In this document: in pieces, positions 34,130 through 41,645 of the stretch
Layout of the letters: each line of letters opens with the position of its first letter
How positions within the stretch are numbered: position 1 is the stretch's first letter
Notes under the pieces: generated by a model
Databases searched by the model: none
What the model was told of the DNA's origin: nothing
What the model saw: only the letters and a program-made list of their open reading frames with translations
Position numbers and translations under genes: made by a program
Origin: a virus
DNA length: 44,147 nt
Virus record (IMG/VR): IMGVR_UViG_3300031507_000015
Coordinates: 1 to 44,147 of that record
Strand: one strand, 5' to 3'

Positions 34130-34435
34130 ATGCAAACCCACTTCGGAGATCCATGCCTCCACTGCGGAACAGCGCATGACCAGATCGAGCGCGGAGCATG
34201 TAAGGGCGATCCATCGAAGGCTGTCGCCATCGCCTATCGGTCGCTCGGAACGCGCTGGGACGGATATGAGCACTTCTACGTGCGAATGAGCACGAACGAA
34301 GTGGTTGAGCGGTGGTGCCACCATTCGATGCAGGCACCTTATCGCGGCTTCAAGATGCTCGGCGACATCCAACAGCCGCCCAGGTACGACGACAAGCTTT
34401 CTTTAAAGACCGCCAACCGAACATCAGATCAGTAG
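34130..34435 (+). CDS. Hypothetical protein
   Basis: 101 aa from ATG 34130, with AAGGA 6 nt upstream. The track uses GTG 34127. Confidence 0.5.
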   Translation: MQTHFGDPCLHCGTAHDQIERGACKGDPSKAVAIAYRSLGTRWDGYEHFYVRMSTNEVVERWCHHSMQAPYRGFKMLGDIQQPPRYDDKLSLKTANRTSDQ

Positions 34436-34445
34436 TTCACACCAC

Positions 34446-34628
34446 TTAACGCCGTTTTTCCCGTCGATTAAGTTCCCTCTCTACGGCAACTCGGACAAAC
34501 TCGGTGCGATCCTCGGATTCCTCTAATACCTCTTCAATCCGCTCAAAGGTGCCTTCCGGGAAACGAGCCTGCATGTCCTCTGCCCAAAGTTTTTTTCGTC
34601 CCATGTCGATTTTTCTCATATGAGGCAT
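34446..34628 (-). CDS. Ribbon-helix-helix (Arc/Mnt/CopG-like) regulator
   Basis: 60 aa or shorter (in-frame ATGs at 34628, 34619 and 34604). RTEFVRVAVERELNRRE is an RHH helix-2 pattern. It is the only minus-strand gene inside the plus-strand block. Confidence 0.6.
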   Translation of the reverse strand: MPHMRKIDMGRKKLWAEDMQARFPEGTFERIEEVLEESEDRTEFVRVAVERELNRREKRR

Positions 34629-34651
34629 TGACGATTAATAACTCATATGAC
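34615..34651. promoter_or_regulatory. Two copies of CTCATATGA(G/C), candidate RHH operators
   Basis: CTCATATGAG (34615-34624, a perfect 10-bp palindrome) and CTCATATGAC (34642-34651), 27 bp apart. They overlap the RHH start region and its -10. Confidence 0.45.
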
Positions 34652-34656
34652 ATATT
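34628..34656 (+). promoter_or_regulatory. Promoter candidate for the second rightward gene block
   Basis: TTGACG-N17-CATATT, interleaved with the RHH promoter on the opposite strand. Confidence 0.4.
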
Positions 34657-34670
34657 GCTCTCACAGTCAA
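34642..34670 (-). promoter_or_regulatory. Promoter candidate for the RHH gene
   Basis: Minus strand reads TTGACT-N17-TATGAG, 13 nt before ATG 34628. Confidence 0.45.
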
Positions 34671-34686
34671 GCAACGGAGCAAGCAA

Positions 34687-34842
34687 ATGACCAACGAACA
34701 GATCGAGCGCCTCGTGGAAGCCAGGACCAACGCAGCCGACAGCATGCTGATGTCTCGCAAATGGTCGCAAGAGAAATACGATCTTCACATGCGGGCACTG
34801 AACCGTTGGTCAGATCGCAAAATGGAAAGGGCGGTGGCTTAA
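34687..34842 (+). CDS. 51-aa protein (not in the ORF track)
   Basis: MTNEQIERLVEARTNAADSMLMSRKWSQEKYDLHMRALNRWSDRKMERAVA. GGAG 7 nt upstream. Confidence 0.45.
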   Translation: MTNEQIERLVEARTNAADSMLMSRKWSQEKYDLHMRALNRWSDRKMERAVA

Positions 34843-34892
34843 CAGCCACCTACCCTATTGTTTTCAACAGCTTGATTATATTGGAGCCTAAA

Positions 34893-35114
34893 ATGGACCG
34901 CGAAACAATCCAGATGCTGCTCGACTTACTGAACCCGCTGCATGGCTCGTTAGATCGCCAGACCTATGATGACAAGGTCAAGGCTGATTTCGATGCTCCG
35001 AGCGATTACGAATACAATGTTGACATTACCGCTCAGCAAGAGCGCGACCTCTGCCAAGCCGTGATGGTCCTAGAAAGTCGTCTACGAGACTTCAGCCCAC
35101 CGCTTGGCGCTTAG
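34893..35114 (+). CDS. Hypothetical protein
   Basis: 73 aa from ATG 34893, with GGAG 6 nt upstream. It is the credible part of track ORF 34647..35114. Confidence 0.5.
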   Translation: MDRETIQMLLDLLNPLHGSLDRQTYDDKVKADFDAPSDYEYNVDITAQQERDLCQAVMVLESRLRDFSPPLGA

Positions 35115-35121
35115 TTCCGGC

Positions 35122-35141
35122 AACGAGTTGATAAAGCCATG
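35122..35141 (+). repeat. 20-bp direct repeat, copy A (AACGAGTTGATAAAGCCATG)
   Basis: Identical to 35593..35612. Confidence 0.95.
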
Positions 35142-35149
35142 GAGCATTC

Positions 35150-35602
35150 ATGAGATCAGATAAGAAGACGTCGACAATCACGATCCACCACGATCGATGC
35201 GACGTAAGTAAATGGACTATCGCGGAATGGCGGACGCTCGCGGCGTTCGTCAAGGACGGCGGCCTTCAACAAGCGGCTGCGCTATCTCGTCTTGGCATGC
35301 AACTTATATTGTCTGAGCATCATGAGCCGATTGGCGGGACGCTTGAGCCAATGGGGTATGGCGACGAGAGCGAGATGCCAAATCCGACGGTCACCGACGA
35401 TCTGAGCGAGATCGCTGATGACCTCGACATCACGCCGGTTATTCCCATCTATCGCGGCCACACCAAATACGCCGTCAAGTTCGGGACTGCAAGCCATGAC
35501 GGAGAGTTCGACGGATATGAGCATGAGATTTTCGACAGCGAGGCTGACGCTCAGGCGTTCTTGAAGTCTTTGCTGGAGCCAGAAGTTGCCGTAACGAGTT
35601 GA
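35150..35602 (+). CDS. Hypothetical protein, bounded by the 20-bp direct repeats
   Basis: 150 aa. GGAG 5 nt upstream. Confidence 0.6.
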   Translation: MRSDKKTSTITIHHDRCDVSKWTIAEWRTLAAFVKDGGLQQAAALSRLGMQLILSEHHEPIGGTLEPMGYGDESEMPNPTVTDDLSEIADDLDITPVIPIYRGHTKYAVKFGTASHDGEFDGYEHEIFDSEADAQAFLKSLLEPEVAVTS

Positions 35603-35612
35603 TAAAGCCATG
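35593..35612 (+). repeat. 20-bp direct repeat, copy B
   Basis: Identical to 35122..35141. Its ATG is the start codon of the next gene. Confidence 0.95.
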
Positions 35613-36101
35613 AAAACGCCCTTGCAGCAGAAGCGGATACTAGCTGGCCAATGCCCACTCTGTGGCAAGGAAGCCGCTCCTTTTCGGCTTTGCTACGATC
35701 ACCGATTTTCCGGCCGTCTCAATAGATCACTTAAGCGAGGTGTCAGGCTTGGTGCTCTGAAGATAGATAATCTGCGCCGATATTCGATTGGTGACGGTGA
35801 CAAGGAGCATCGCTGGGGTAAGTGGGGAACTGCAATAGTCATTCCTGAAACTGACAAACGGGGACGCCCTCGTCTTCGCGGTATCCAAGTAGACATCGAA
35901 GAAACCTTGGTTCAGATCGTCAAGCGCATTGGCCGACGTTGTACCATCGAAGAAATCTCTGCCGCATGGGGACGACTGCGCGATAAGCGTTCATCACCCT
36001 TGGCAAGCGATCTCGCAACGATCATCGCGGCGAAAGATAAACGAGACCGCAAGATGATAAGGCGAGCCAAATCAGCTCTAACCACTGGAAAAGGAAACTG
36101 A
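35610..36101 (+). CDS. Hypothetical basic protein with N-terminal CxxC
   Basis: 163 aa. CPLCGK...LCYDH and a GRPRLRG basic patch. Confidence 0.6.
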   Translation: MKTPLQQKRILAGQCPLCGKEAAPFRLCYDHRFSGRLNRSLKRGVRLGALKIDNLRRYSIGDGDKEHRWGKWGTAIVIPETDKRGRPRLRGIQVDIEETLVQIVKRIGRRCTIEEISAAWGRLRDKRSSPLASDLATIIAAKDKRDRKMIRRAKSALTTGKGN

Positions 36102-36102
36102 C

Positions 36103-36303
36103 GTGAGCAAGAAATTCCCGAGCAAGATTTTCGTCAAGTATGAAGAACCAAGCAAGGACGAGCCATATTTGTTGGCGAACCAAGATATGTACGCGCTCAC
36201 CGAACCCGGAGCCGTGATCAAGATCGCCACCTACCAACTCGTTGAAACGGTTGATGCCAAGATGGTCGTCAGCACGTCAGCCCCCGTCAAGGCCAAGCGT
36301 TGA
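36103..36303 (+). CDS. Hypothetical protein
   Basis: 66 aa. GTG start with AAGGAAA upstream. Confidence 0.5.
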   Translation: MSKKFPSKIFVKYEEPSKDEPYLLANQDMYALTEPGAVIKIATYQLVETVDAKMVVSTSAPVKAKR

Positions 36304-36318
36304 CCATCGGATAATGAA

Positions 36319-36516
36319 ATGACGCGCTACTCCGAACTGTACCGCAAGGAACGAGAAGAGATGGAGCGGCTTAAAGCCGACTTCGAAAGGCAGTTGCGCG
36401 CCATACTCGGCGACCTGAATTTGCTTCGTGACTTCGTGCGTGAGAACGACCTGCAAGGCAGGCTGGCCGAATGGGCCACGAAGCGCACAACTCTAACCTC
36501 GGGACAAGGCAAATGA
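36319..36516 (+). CDS. Hypothetical protein
   Basis: 65 aa, coiled-coil-like. Confidence 0.55.
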   Translation: MTRYSELYRKEREEMERLKADFERQLRAILGDLNLLRDFVRENDLQGRLAEWATKRTTLTSGQGK

Positions 36517-36662
36517 TCTTTAACGGTAACCATCTGAGACGGATCTGGTGCTACCTGCGCAATCATCCCTATCCGTGGGTTCTCATCTGCGAGCCGGAAG
36601 ATTGGCCGTTCAACAGCATGCCACCGAGTAAATGCTCGAACTGCGGCTGCACCTCACGCTGA
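36513..36662 (+). CDS. 49-aa Cys-containing protein
   Basis: ATGA overlap with the upstream stop. The track ORF starts earlier, at 36471. Confidence 0.4.
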   Translation: MIFNGNHLRRIWCYLRNHPYPWVLICEPEDWPFNSMPPSKCSNCGCTSR

Positions 36663-36739
36663 CGAACTGTTTCGGCTTAGCCGAGACATTTCAATGCTCG
36701 CGTCAGTCATCGGGACGGCGAGGAAACGCAGGAGACGGT

Positions 36740-36934
36740 ATGGCGAAGAGTGAAAAGCGAAATCTCAACCCCACGGCGCCTGCTGTTCTGGCCATGTGGC
36801 GATGGGGTGAAGAATATGCGGCACAGCGGGGCGGCGTCATGGATTTCTGGGATACCCTCTCAGAAAGCCGCAAACGGCTTTGCGTTGATGCCGCAGAACG
36901 TGTCGCTGAAATTCTAAGACCGAGTGGTCGCTAA
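36740..36934 (+). CDS. Hypothetical protein
   Basis: 64 aa from ATG 36740, with GGAGACGGT upstream. Confidence 0.5.
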   Translation: MAKSEKRNLNPTAPAVLAMWRWGEEYAAQRGGVMDFWDTLSESRKRLCVDAAERVAEILRPSGR

Positions 36935-36968
36935 CGGCAAGAATGCGAAACTCAATAAGGAAAGTCTG

Positions 36969-37442
36969 ATGCCGAGCGGCGGAGCTTTAAAAGGAAAGGG
37001 TCGAGGGCTGCTTTGGCTCAAGGCTCACATCTGGCACGCAGGCCAAGAATGTCTGATCTGGCCGTTCTGCACGAACCATCAGGGCTATGGTCAGCTTGGA
37101 TATTTCGGCAAGGTCGTAAAGGCTCACCGCCTCATGTGCATCCTTGCTCATGGGGAACCGCTGACGCCACAGCATCAGGCGGCTCATTCCTGCGGCCAAG
37201 GCCATACCGGCTGCGTTCACCCGGAGCATGTTTCTTGGAAGACGCCGCGGGAAAACCGCATAGAGTCGAACGAGCACGGCACTGGCCACGGGCGCCTAGG
37301 TCGCAAGGAGCTTTCGCCGGACATTGTTTTGAAGATCCGGTACAGCCCAAAATCATACTTGGATATCGCCGACGAGTTCGGCGTCTACTTTGGCACGGTG
37401 GGGAAGATCAAGCGGCGCGAACTTTACCCTAACCTTTCATAG
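36969..37442 (+). CDS. HNH / His-Me-finger endonuclease with C-terminal HTH-like tail
   Basis: 157 aa from ATG 36969. GYGQLGYFGKVVKAHRLMC...AAHSCGQGHTGCVHPEHVSWKTPRENRIES. Confidence 0.7.
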   Translation: MPSGGALKGKGRGLLWLKAHIWHAGQECLIWPFCTNHQGYGQLGYFGKVVKAHRLMCILAHGEPLTPQHQAAHSCGQGHTGCVHPEHVSWKTPRENRIESNEHGTGHGRLGRKELSPDIVLKIRYSPKSYLDIADEFGVYFGTVGKIKRRELYPNLS

Positions 37443-37472
37443 TCGCGTCGCTACAGCACATAGGAGAAGAAT

Positions 37473-37658
37473 ATGACCGACAAGGAACTATTGGCAATGT
37501 GCCAAGCCGCGTTCGAAGCAATCCCGGTCGCAGCTAGGGCTCGCAAGGTCCTCAAGGGCTTGAAGCGGAAGCCGACCGCTTATGCCGGTAACGGCAGCCA
37601 TATCTTGGCGGCCGAAATGGCTCTGATGATCGACAAACATCTTAAAGGTGGCATCTAG
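37473..37658 (+). CDS. Hypothetical protein
   Basis: 61 aa. AGGAG upstream. Confidence 0.55.
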   Translation: MTDKELLAMCQAAFEAIPVAARARKVLKGLKRKPTAYAGNGSHILAAEMALMIDKHLKGGI

Positions 37659-37689
37659 CCTTTCTAGACAGATAACGAGGTAATTTGAG

Positions 37690-37932
37690 ATGGCAATGAT
37701 CTACCGAGGCAATCGTTACACGATAGGCAATCAGCCCTGCCAAAATATGAAGCGTGGCGAGGGATCATTTCCAGGCGTTCCCAACGTCCACCAATGCCCT
37801 GTATGCTGGGGCAACCGAACATGGTGCGAGAATTGCCATCGGGATCACCACGACGCCGGCTGGGATAACTGCGAGACTGATGCGTTCAAGGACGCGGAGG
37901 ACTATCCGACTTTAGCAGCAGATGTGCTTTGA
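37690..37932 (+). CDS. Cys/His-rich hypothetical protein
   Basis: 80 aa. CPVCWGN...CENCHRDHH. Confidence 0.5.
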   Translation: MAMIYRGNRYTIGNQPCQNMKRGEGSFPGVPNVHQCPVCWGNRTWCENCHRDHHDAGWDNCETDAFKDAEDYPTLAADVL

Positions 37933-37943
37933 GGTAGTTCAAT

Positions 37944-38135
37944 ATGAATAATCGACTTAGGCCCATCACTCCAGATCAAATTGCTGAGATGGAGTTTAAC
38001 TGTCTGGTCCAAGACCTGATCGTTGTAGAACTTGAGAGATGGAAGCTAGATCCGCTAATTCCAACCTTAGGCATCGCGGGAGATATTTGCGAAGCCCTTC
38101 GCTCGGCGGGCTTGCTCAGGGGCCACTCGCATTAA
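37944..38135 (+). CDS. Hypothetical protein
   Basis: 63 aa. Confidence 0.5.
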   Translation: MNNRLRPITPDQIAEMEFNCLVQDLIVVELERWKLDPLIPTLGIAGDICEALRSAGLLRGHSH

Positions 38136-38153
38136 CTGAATGGAGAATCTCTC

Positions 38154-38342
38154 ATGAAGCTTGAAATTTCTAAAGAGCAGTGCATGCGCCTCGCGTCACT
38201 TGAGGGTGACGGCGAGATTGGAGCCGGTCTTCCAGAGATAAGATACGGCTGGAACGGACCTCGCGGACGCCGTTGGAATGGGAACACAGAAGAGTGGGAA
38301 TCTGTCGAGATTGATCCTCCGACGCAGCCAAAGTCGCCTTAA
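38154..38342 (+). CDS. Hypothetical protein
   Basis: 62 aa. GGAG upstream. Confidence 0.5.
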   Translation: MKLEISKEQCMRLASLEGDGEIGAGLPEIRYGWNGPRGRRWNGNTEEWESVEIDPPTQPKSP

Positions 38343-38364
38343 CATCACATTCAGGCTGGAATTT

Positions 38365-38730
38365 ATGAAGAAACCCCACGGCAATAAAGGCAGACCTTCG
38401 AAGCTTCGCGGCCGTGGTCGCTGCATGGCGTGGCTTCTGGCCCACGTCGATTATCGGCATGATGACTGCCTGAAGTGGCCATTCAGCCGTGACAATCACG
38501 GCTATGGCCAGCTCGGCCATGAAGGGAAGGTCTTCAAAGCGCACCGCAAGATGTGTGAGTTGAAGAACGGGGCAGCACCGAGCCCTGATCACGAAGCGGC
38601 GCATTCATGCAACCGAGGCCACCAAGGCTGCATCAATCCGAACCATTTATCGTGGAAAACGAGATCCGCGAACCAGCAGGATCGAACCGGCCACGGCTGG
38701 GACGTCCAAATCGTCGGCTGCGATAGCTGA
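38365..38730 (+). CDS. HNH / His-Me-finger endonuclease, shorter paralogue of 36969..37442
   Basis: 121 aa from ATG 38365. GYGQLGHEGKVFKAHRKMC...AAHSCNRGHQGCINPNHLSWKTRSANQQD. Lacks the C-terminal tail of its paralogue. Confidence 0.65.
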   Translation: MKKPHGNKGRPSKLRGRGRCMAWLLAHVDYRHDDCLKWPFSRDNHGYGQLGHEGKVFKAHRKMCELKNGAAPSPDHEAAHSCNRGHQGCINPNHLSWKTRSANQQDRTGHGWDVQIVGCDS

Positions 38731-38752
38731 AACGGCATACAAAGGAAAACAG

Positions 38753-39004
38753 ATGGCTGAGTTTCATCCGATCCAAACCCACGAACTGACGAGGCCACAC
38801 ACGAGGGCCATGATGCCATCGGTGGTCACGCTGCGGGCTTATGAGGTCTACAAGCATCTATGGCATGAACAGGAAGCATTGATCACAGGCGAGTGCAGAG
38901 GCGGATTCGGCGTCGGTGAGTTGGTGGCGTTACTTTACGCCCGCTCGTTCCCGAAGGGAGAATGGCGCGATCGCTTTGATGAAGCGATCCGCAGACCGCT
39001 TTAA
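38753..39004 (+). CDS. Hypothetical protein
   Basis: 83 aa. AAAGGAAAA upstream. Confidence 0.55.
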   Translation: MAEFHPIQTHELTRPHTRAMMPSVVTLRAYEVYKHLWHEQEALITGECRGGFGVGELVALLYARSFPKGEWRDRFDEAIRRPL

Positions 39005-39025
39005 CGCGTCGTCAGGGGAAACAGC

Positions 39026-39238
39026 ATGAGTGAGCTTGATGCCGACGACCGCGCCGACGAAGCGTATGAAGCTATACTTGTTGCCCTCGATAAAGGCGGC
39101 TTTGGCGCGGCTGACGTCGTCTATGCTATCGGTATGCTGATCGCTCAGGCTATCAAACACAACGCCGTAGACAAAAGCGTCAGTGCAACTATGAACGCGA
39201 TCAGAAACGTAGTTGAGCTAGAAATCCAGCGTAATTAG
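39026..39238 (+). CDS. Hypothetical protein
   Basis: 70 aa, acidic. Confidence 0.55.
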   Translation: MSELDADDRADEAYEAILVALDKGGFGAADVVYAIGMLIAQAIKHNAVDKSVSATMNAIRNVVELEIQRN

Positions 39239-39250
39239 ACAGGTAGAGCA

Positions 39251-39445
39251 ATGAGCAGACGACATGAGCCCATCCGCCATTCGGCCAGCCCGCGCAATCG
39301 ACGGAAGGCTCTCCATCATGCTGAGAACGCATTGGAGGAGGCAAAGTATCTCAGTGCGGAATTATCCGAGGCGGCTGATCGGCTGACTAATCTGTGTCTA
39401 AAGATCAGAAACCGGCTGATGGCTGAAACTAGCAGTGATAGGTAG
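39251..39445 (+). CDS. Hypothetical protein
   Basis: 64 aa. Confidence 0.5.
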   Translation: MSRRHEPIRHSASPRNRRKALHHAENALEEAKYLSAELSEAADRLTNLCLKIRNRLMAETSSDR

Positions 39446-39455
39446 ATAAGACACA

Positions 39456-39734
39456 ATGCCACAAATCGCGGAAATCAAAGATATCGATGGCTATGTTTGG
39501 GTGCGCATTCCCATGGAACTTGGAAGCCCCGTACAGATTCTTTCCCCATCCGAGATCGAGGAAAACCAAGAGCGCGTGATGAGGTATCTTGATGAGATTG
39601 ACCGGCTGAGGACAGCCAATTCAGCCATGCTGAAGGCACTGAAGAAGATCGAACAACGCACGAATGATCCAGTGGCCCGTAGCATAGCTGGCGAAACAGC
39701 CGTTATCGTTGATCAGCAGAAAGAGCAAACGTGA
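39456..39734 (+). CDS. Hypothetical protein
   Basis: 92 aa. Confidence 0.55.
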   Translation: MPQIAEIKDIDGYVWVRIPMELGSPVQILSPSEIEENQERVMRYLDEIDRLRTANSAMLKALKKIEQRTNDPVARSIAGETAVIVDQQKEQT

Positions 39735-40747
39735 CTGTGAGACTCACGCAGATTGACGGGAAATTGCCGAACCTCGCTCTGATGAAGCTGGCTCGGCACC
39801 ACCGCAATTTGGGAGACGATATCTATTTCACAAAGCGGGTTGAGCGCGACATGCTGGAACCGGACTATACCCATGTTTACGGTTCTGCGATCTTCTCGTT
39901 TAGTGCGGATCGCGTTGCAAAGTTCCGTCAGCAGTTCCCGAACGCTATCGTCGGTGGTACATGGAACAAGGAAGAACATCGCACGGTCGAAAGCGTACTT
40001 GGCACAATAGAGAGCGAAGCGATCGACTATTCGATCTACCCGAACTTTGATGCTTCCATAGGTTTTACGCAGCGTGGATGCCGACTGCGGTGCAGCTTTT
40101 GCGTCGTGCCGTGGAAAGAAGGAAAGCCGCGCACGGTCAACACCATCGCGAGTATTTGGCGGGGAGATCCCTATCCCAAGCATCTGCATCTGCTCGACAA
40201 CGACTTTTTCGGGCAGCCCCAAGCTGAATGGGAGGCTCACCTCGACGCCATCAAGACGGGCGGCTTCAAGATTTGCCTCAACCAGGGCATCAATGTCCGA
40301 ATGATTGACGAAGTGTCGGCGTTTCGGCTCGCCGCTCTGCCCTACTTCGATGACAGTTTCAAATACCGGCGGCTCTATACAGCGTGGGACAGCATCGGTG
40401 ATGAAGGCCGGTTCTTTAAGGGGATCGAGATGTTGCAAAAGCACGGCATCCCACCGAGTCACGTCATGGCCTACATGCTGATCGGGCACGACAAGCGCGA
40501 GACATGGGAGCGTCTTTTCTATCGCTTCAACCGAATGACGGAACTTGGCATTAGGCCCTATCCCATGGTGTTCGGGGACCGCGAAAGAACGCTTCCGGTC
40601 GGCGGCTACAATGGGCGCATTGAACATCGGACACTTGGCGAGTTCCAGCGCTGGGTGATCCGCAAGGCTTATACCTTTATGCCGTTTGAATTTTACGATG
40701 TGAATGCCAAGGGCCGGGCCGTCCCGGAGCAGGCACTTTTGCTTTAA
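39731..40747 (+). CDS. Radical SAM enzyme
   Basis: 338 aa. CRLRCSFC (CX3CX2C, nt 40079-40102) is preceded by a ~110-aa Rossmann/B12-binding-like N-domain. GTG start overlaps the upstream TGA. Confidence 0.8.
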   Translation: MTVRLTQIDGKLPNLALMKLARHHRNLGDDIYFTKRVERDMLEPDYTHVYGSAIFSFSADRVAKFRQQFPNAIVGGTWNKEEHRTVESVLGTIESEAIDYSIYPNFDASIGFTQRGCRLRCSFCVVPWKEGKPRTVNTIASIWRGDPYPKHLHLLDNDFFGQPQAEWEAHLDAIKTGGFKICLNQGINVRMIDEVSAFRLAALPYFDDSFKYRRLYTAWDSIGDEGRFFKGIEMLQKHGIPPSHVMAYMLIGHDKRETWERLFYRFNRMTELGIRPYPMVFGDRERTLPVGGYNGRIEHRTLGEFQRWVIRKAYTFMPFEFYDVNAKGRAVPEQALLL

Positions 40748-40766
40748 CATCACACACAGGTAAGCT

Positions 40767-40961
40767 ATGAGCGATTACGAGCGGCTATCACCTATGGAGC
40801 GGGAACGGGTCGACCACGACGCCGAGAAGGCGCTGTATGAGGCTTTCAACGCGGCGCACAACGCGGTCGGCTGGTGTGGGGATATCATGGAGGAGTGTTG
40901 GAAGGCTGGCCTTCCGGTCTTGAAAGAGGCCTTCGCAAGGATCATCCTCAGAACCCGATAG
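40767..40961 (+). CDS. Hypothetical protein
   Basis: 64 aa. Confidence 0.55.
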   Translation: MSDYERLSPMERERVDHDAEKALYEAFNAAHNAVGWCGDIMEECWKAGLPVLKEAFARIILRTR

Positions 40962-40975
40962 GAGTTACCTTGACG

Positions 40976-41167
40976 ATGACTTATCGCCCACCTGGATTGA
41001 TTAACCGGGACGTCATAGGCTATGACGATGAGACTGTGACGATCCGAGAGGTTTGGGACCCTCGCGTCGACGGATGTCCGATGGTTGTATTTGACCAGAC
41101 CGTCTGGCCGTGGGTGAAACGAGCCGATGTCGAGTCCGTCACCCATACTTATAAACGGACAAAATGA
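40976..41167 (+). CDS. Hypothetical protein
   Basis: 63 aa from ATG 40976. TTG 40970 is possible. Confidence 0.5.
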   Translation: MTYRPPGLINRDVIGYDDETVTIREVWDPRVDGCPMVVFDQTVWPWVKRADVESVTHTYKRTK

Positions 41168-41367
41168 TGGCAACCAGCCTGTTCCCAAAATGCGTGAACT
41201 GCCTGGATACAGGGATAGTTTGCGAAGAGCATCCAACGGCCTGCTGGCCGGATGAATGTGATTGCGGGGCGGGTATGCCGTGCCCAGAATGCTGCGATCC
41301 TGTGCCTCAAGACGGCACACATTCGATCGTAGAGTGTTTTACACCGAGACATTTGCGCTCACGGTGA
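41164..41367 (+). CDS. Cys-rich hypothetical protein
   Basis: 67 aa with 10 Cys. ATGA overlap. Confidence 0.5.
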   Translation: MMATSLFPKCVNCLDTGIVCEEHPTACWPDECDCGAGMPCPECCDPVPQDGTHSIVECFTPRHLRSR

Positions 41368-41479
41368 GATAACGAGGGAATGATGTTCAGATGAAGTGCG
41401 ACCATGTGACCGTAAAATTTACCGATAAGAGCATTATTTGCCAGCGCTGTGGCTTGAAGTGGGCACGGAAGTAACCACC

Positions 41480-41644
41480 ATGGCCACAGGAAAGAAGCGT
41501 CGAGCCCACCCATCGTACAGCGTCATGATGACTTCGAAACCGAAGCACAAGGGCCCAGCGCGGTCCGGTAAAAATGGCGGCCGTAGCTTTGCTAAGGCTG
41601 GCCCGGCGCCAGTAGGAAAAGGCAAGCGAGCGAGGTTTTATTGA
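41480..41644 (+). CDS. Highly basic 54-aa protein
   Basis: From ATG 41480. Lys/Arg/Gly-rich. Confidence 0.4.
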   Translation: MATGKKRRAHPSYSVMMTSKPKHKGPARSGKNGGRSFAKAGPAPVGKGKRARFY

Positions 41645-41645
41645 C

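Noticed and set aside
34833-34850. Hairpin GGTGGCT-taac-AGCCACC as a terminator
   Set aside because: It spans a stop codon and is followed by TACCCTATTGTTTTC, with no contiguous U-tract. The next gene starts 43 nt later with its own RBS, so this is at best a weak attenuator.
34647-35114. 155-aa ORF taken as one gene
   Set aside because: Its first 80 codons are Arg/Ser/Gln-rich and overlap a better 51-codon frame with a GGAG RBS. I split it into 34687..34842 and 34893..35114.
38339-38349. TTAACATCACA junction motif shared by 38339-38349 and 40744-40754, with a looser copy at 33664-33678
   Set aside because: Repeats of 11 nt are expected many times by chance in 44 kb. Only their alignment with stop codons is suggestive, which is not enough to call an element.
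39713-40753. 346-aa minus-strand ORF
   Set aside because: It is exactly antisense to the radical-SAM gene, which has a clear CX3CX2C motif. The translation is Arg/Leu/Pro-rich with no motif, as expected for a shadow frame in GC-rich DNA.
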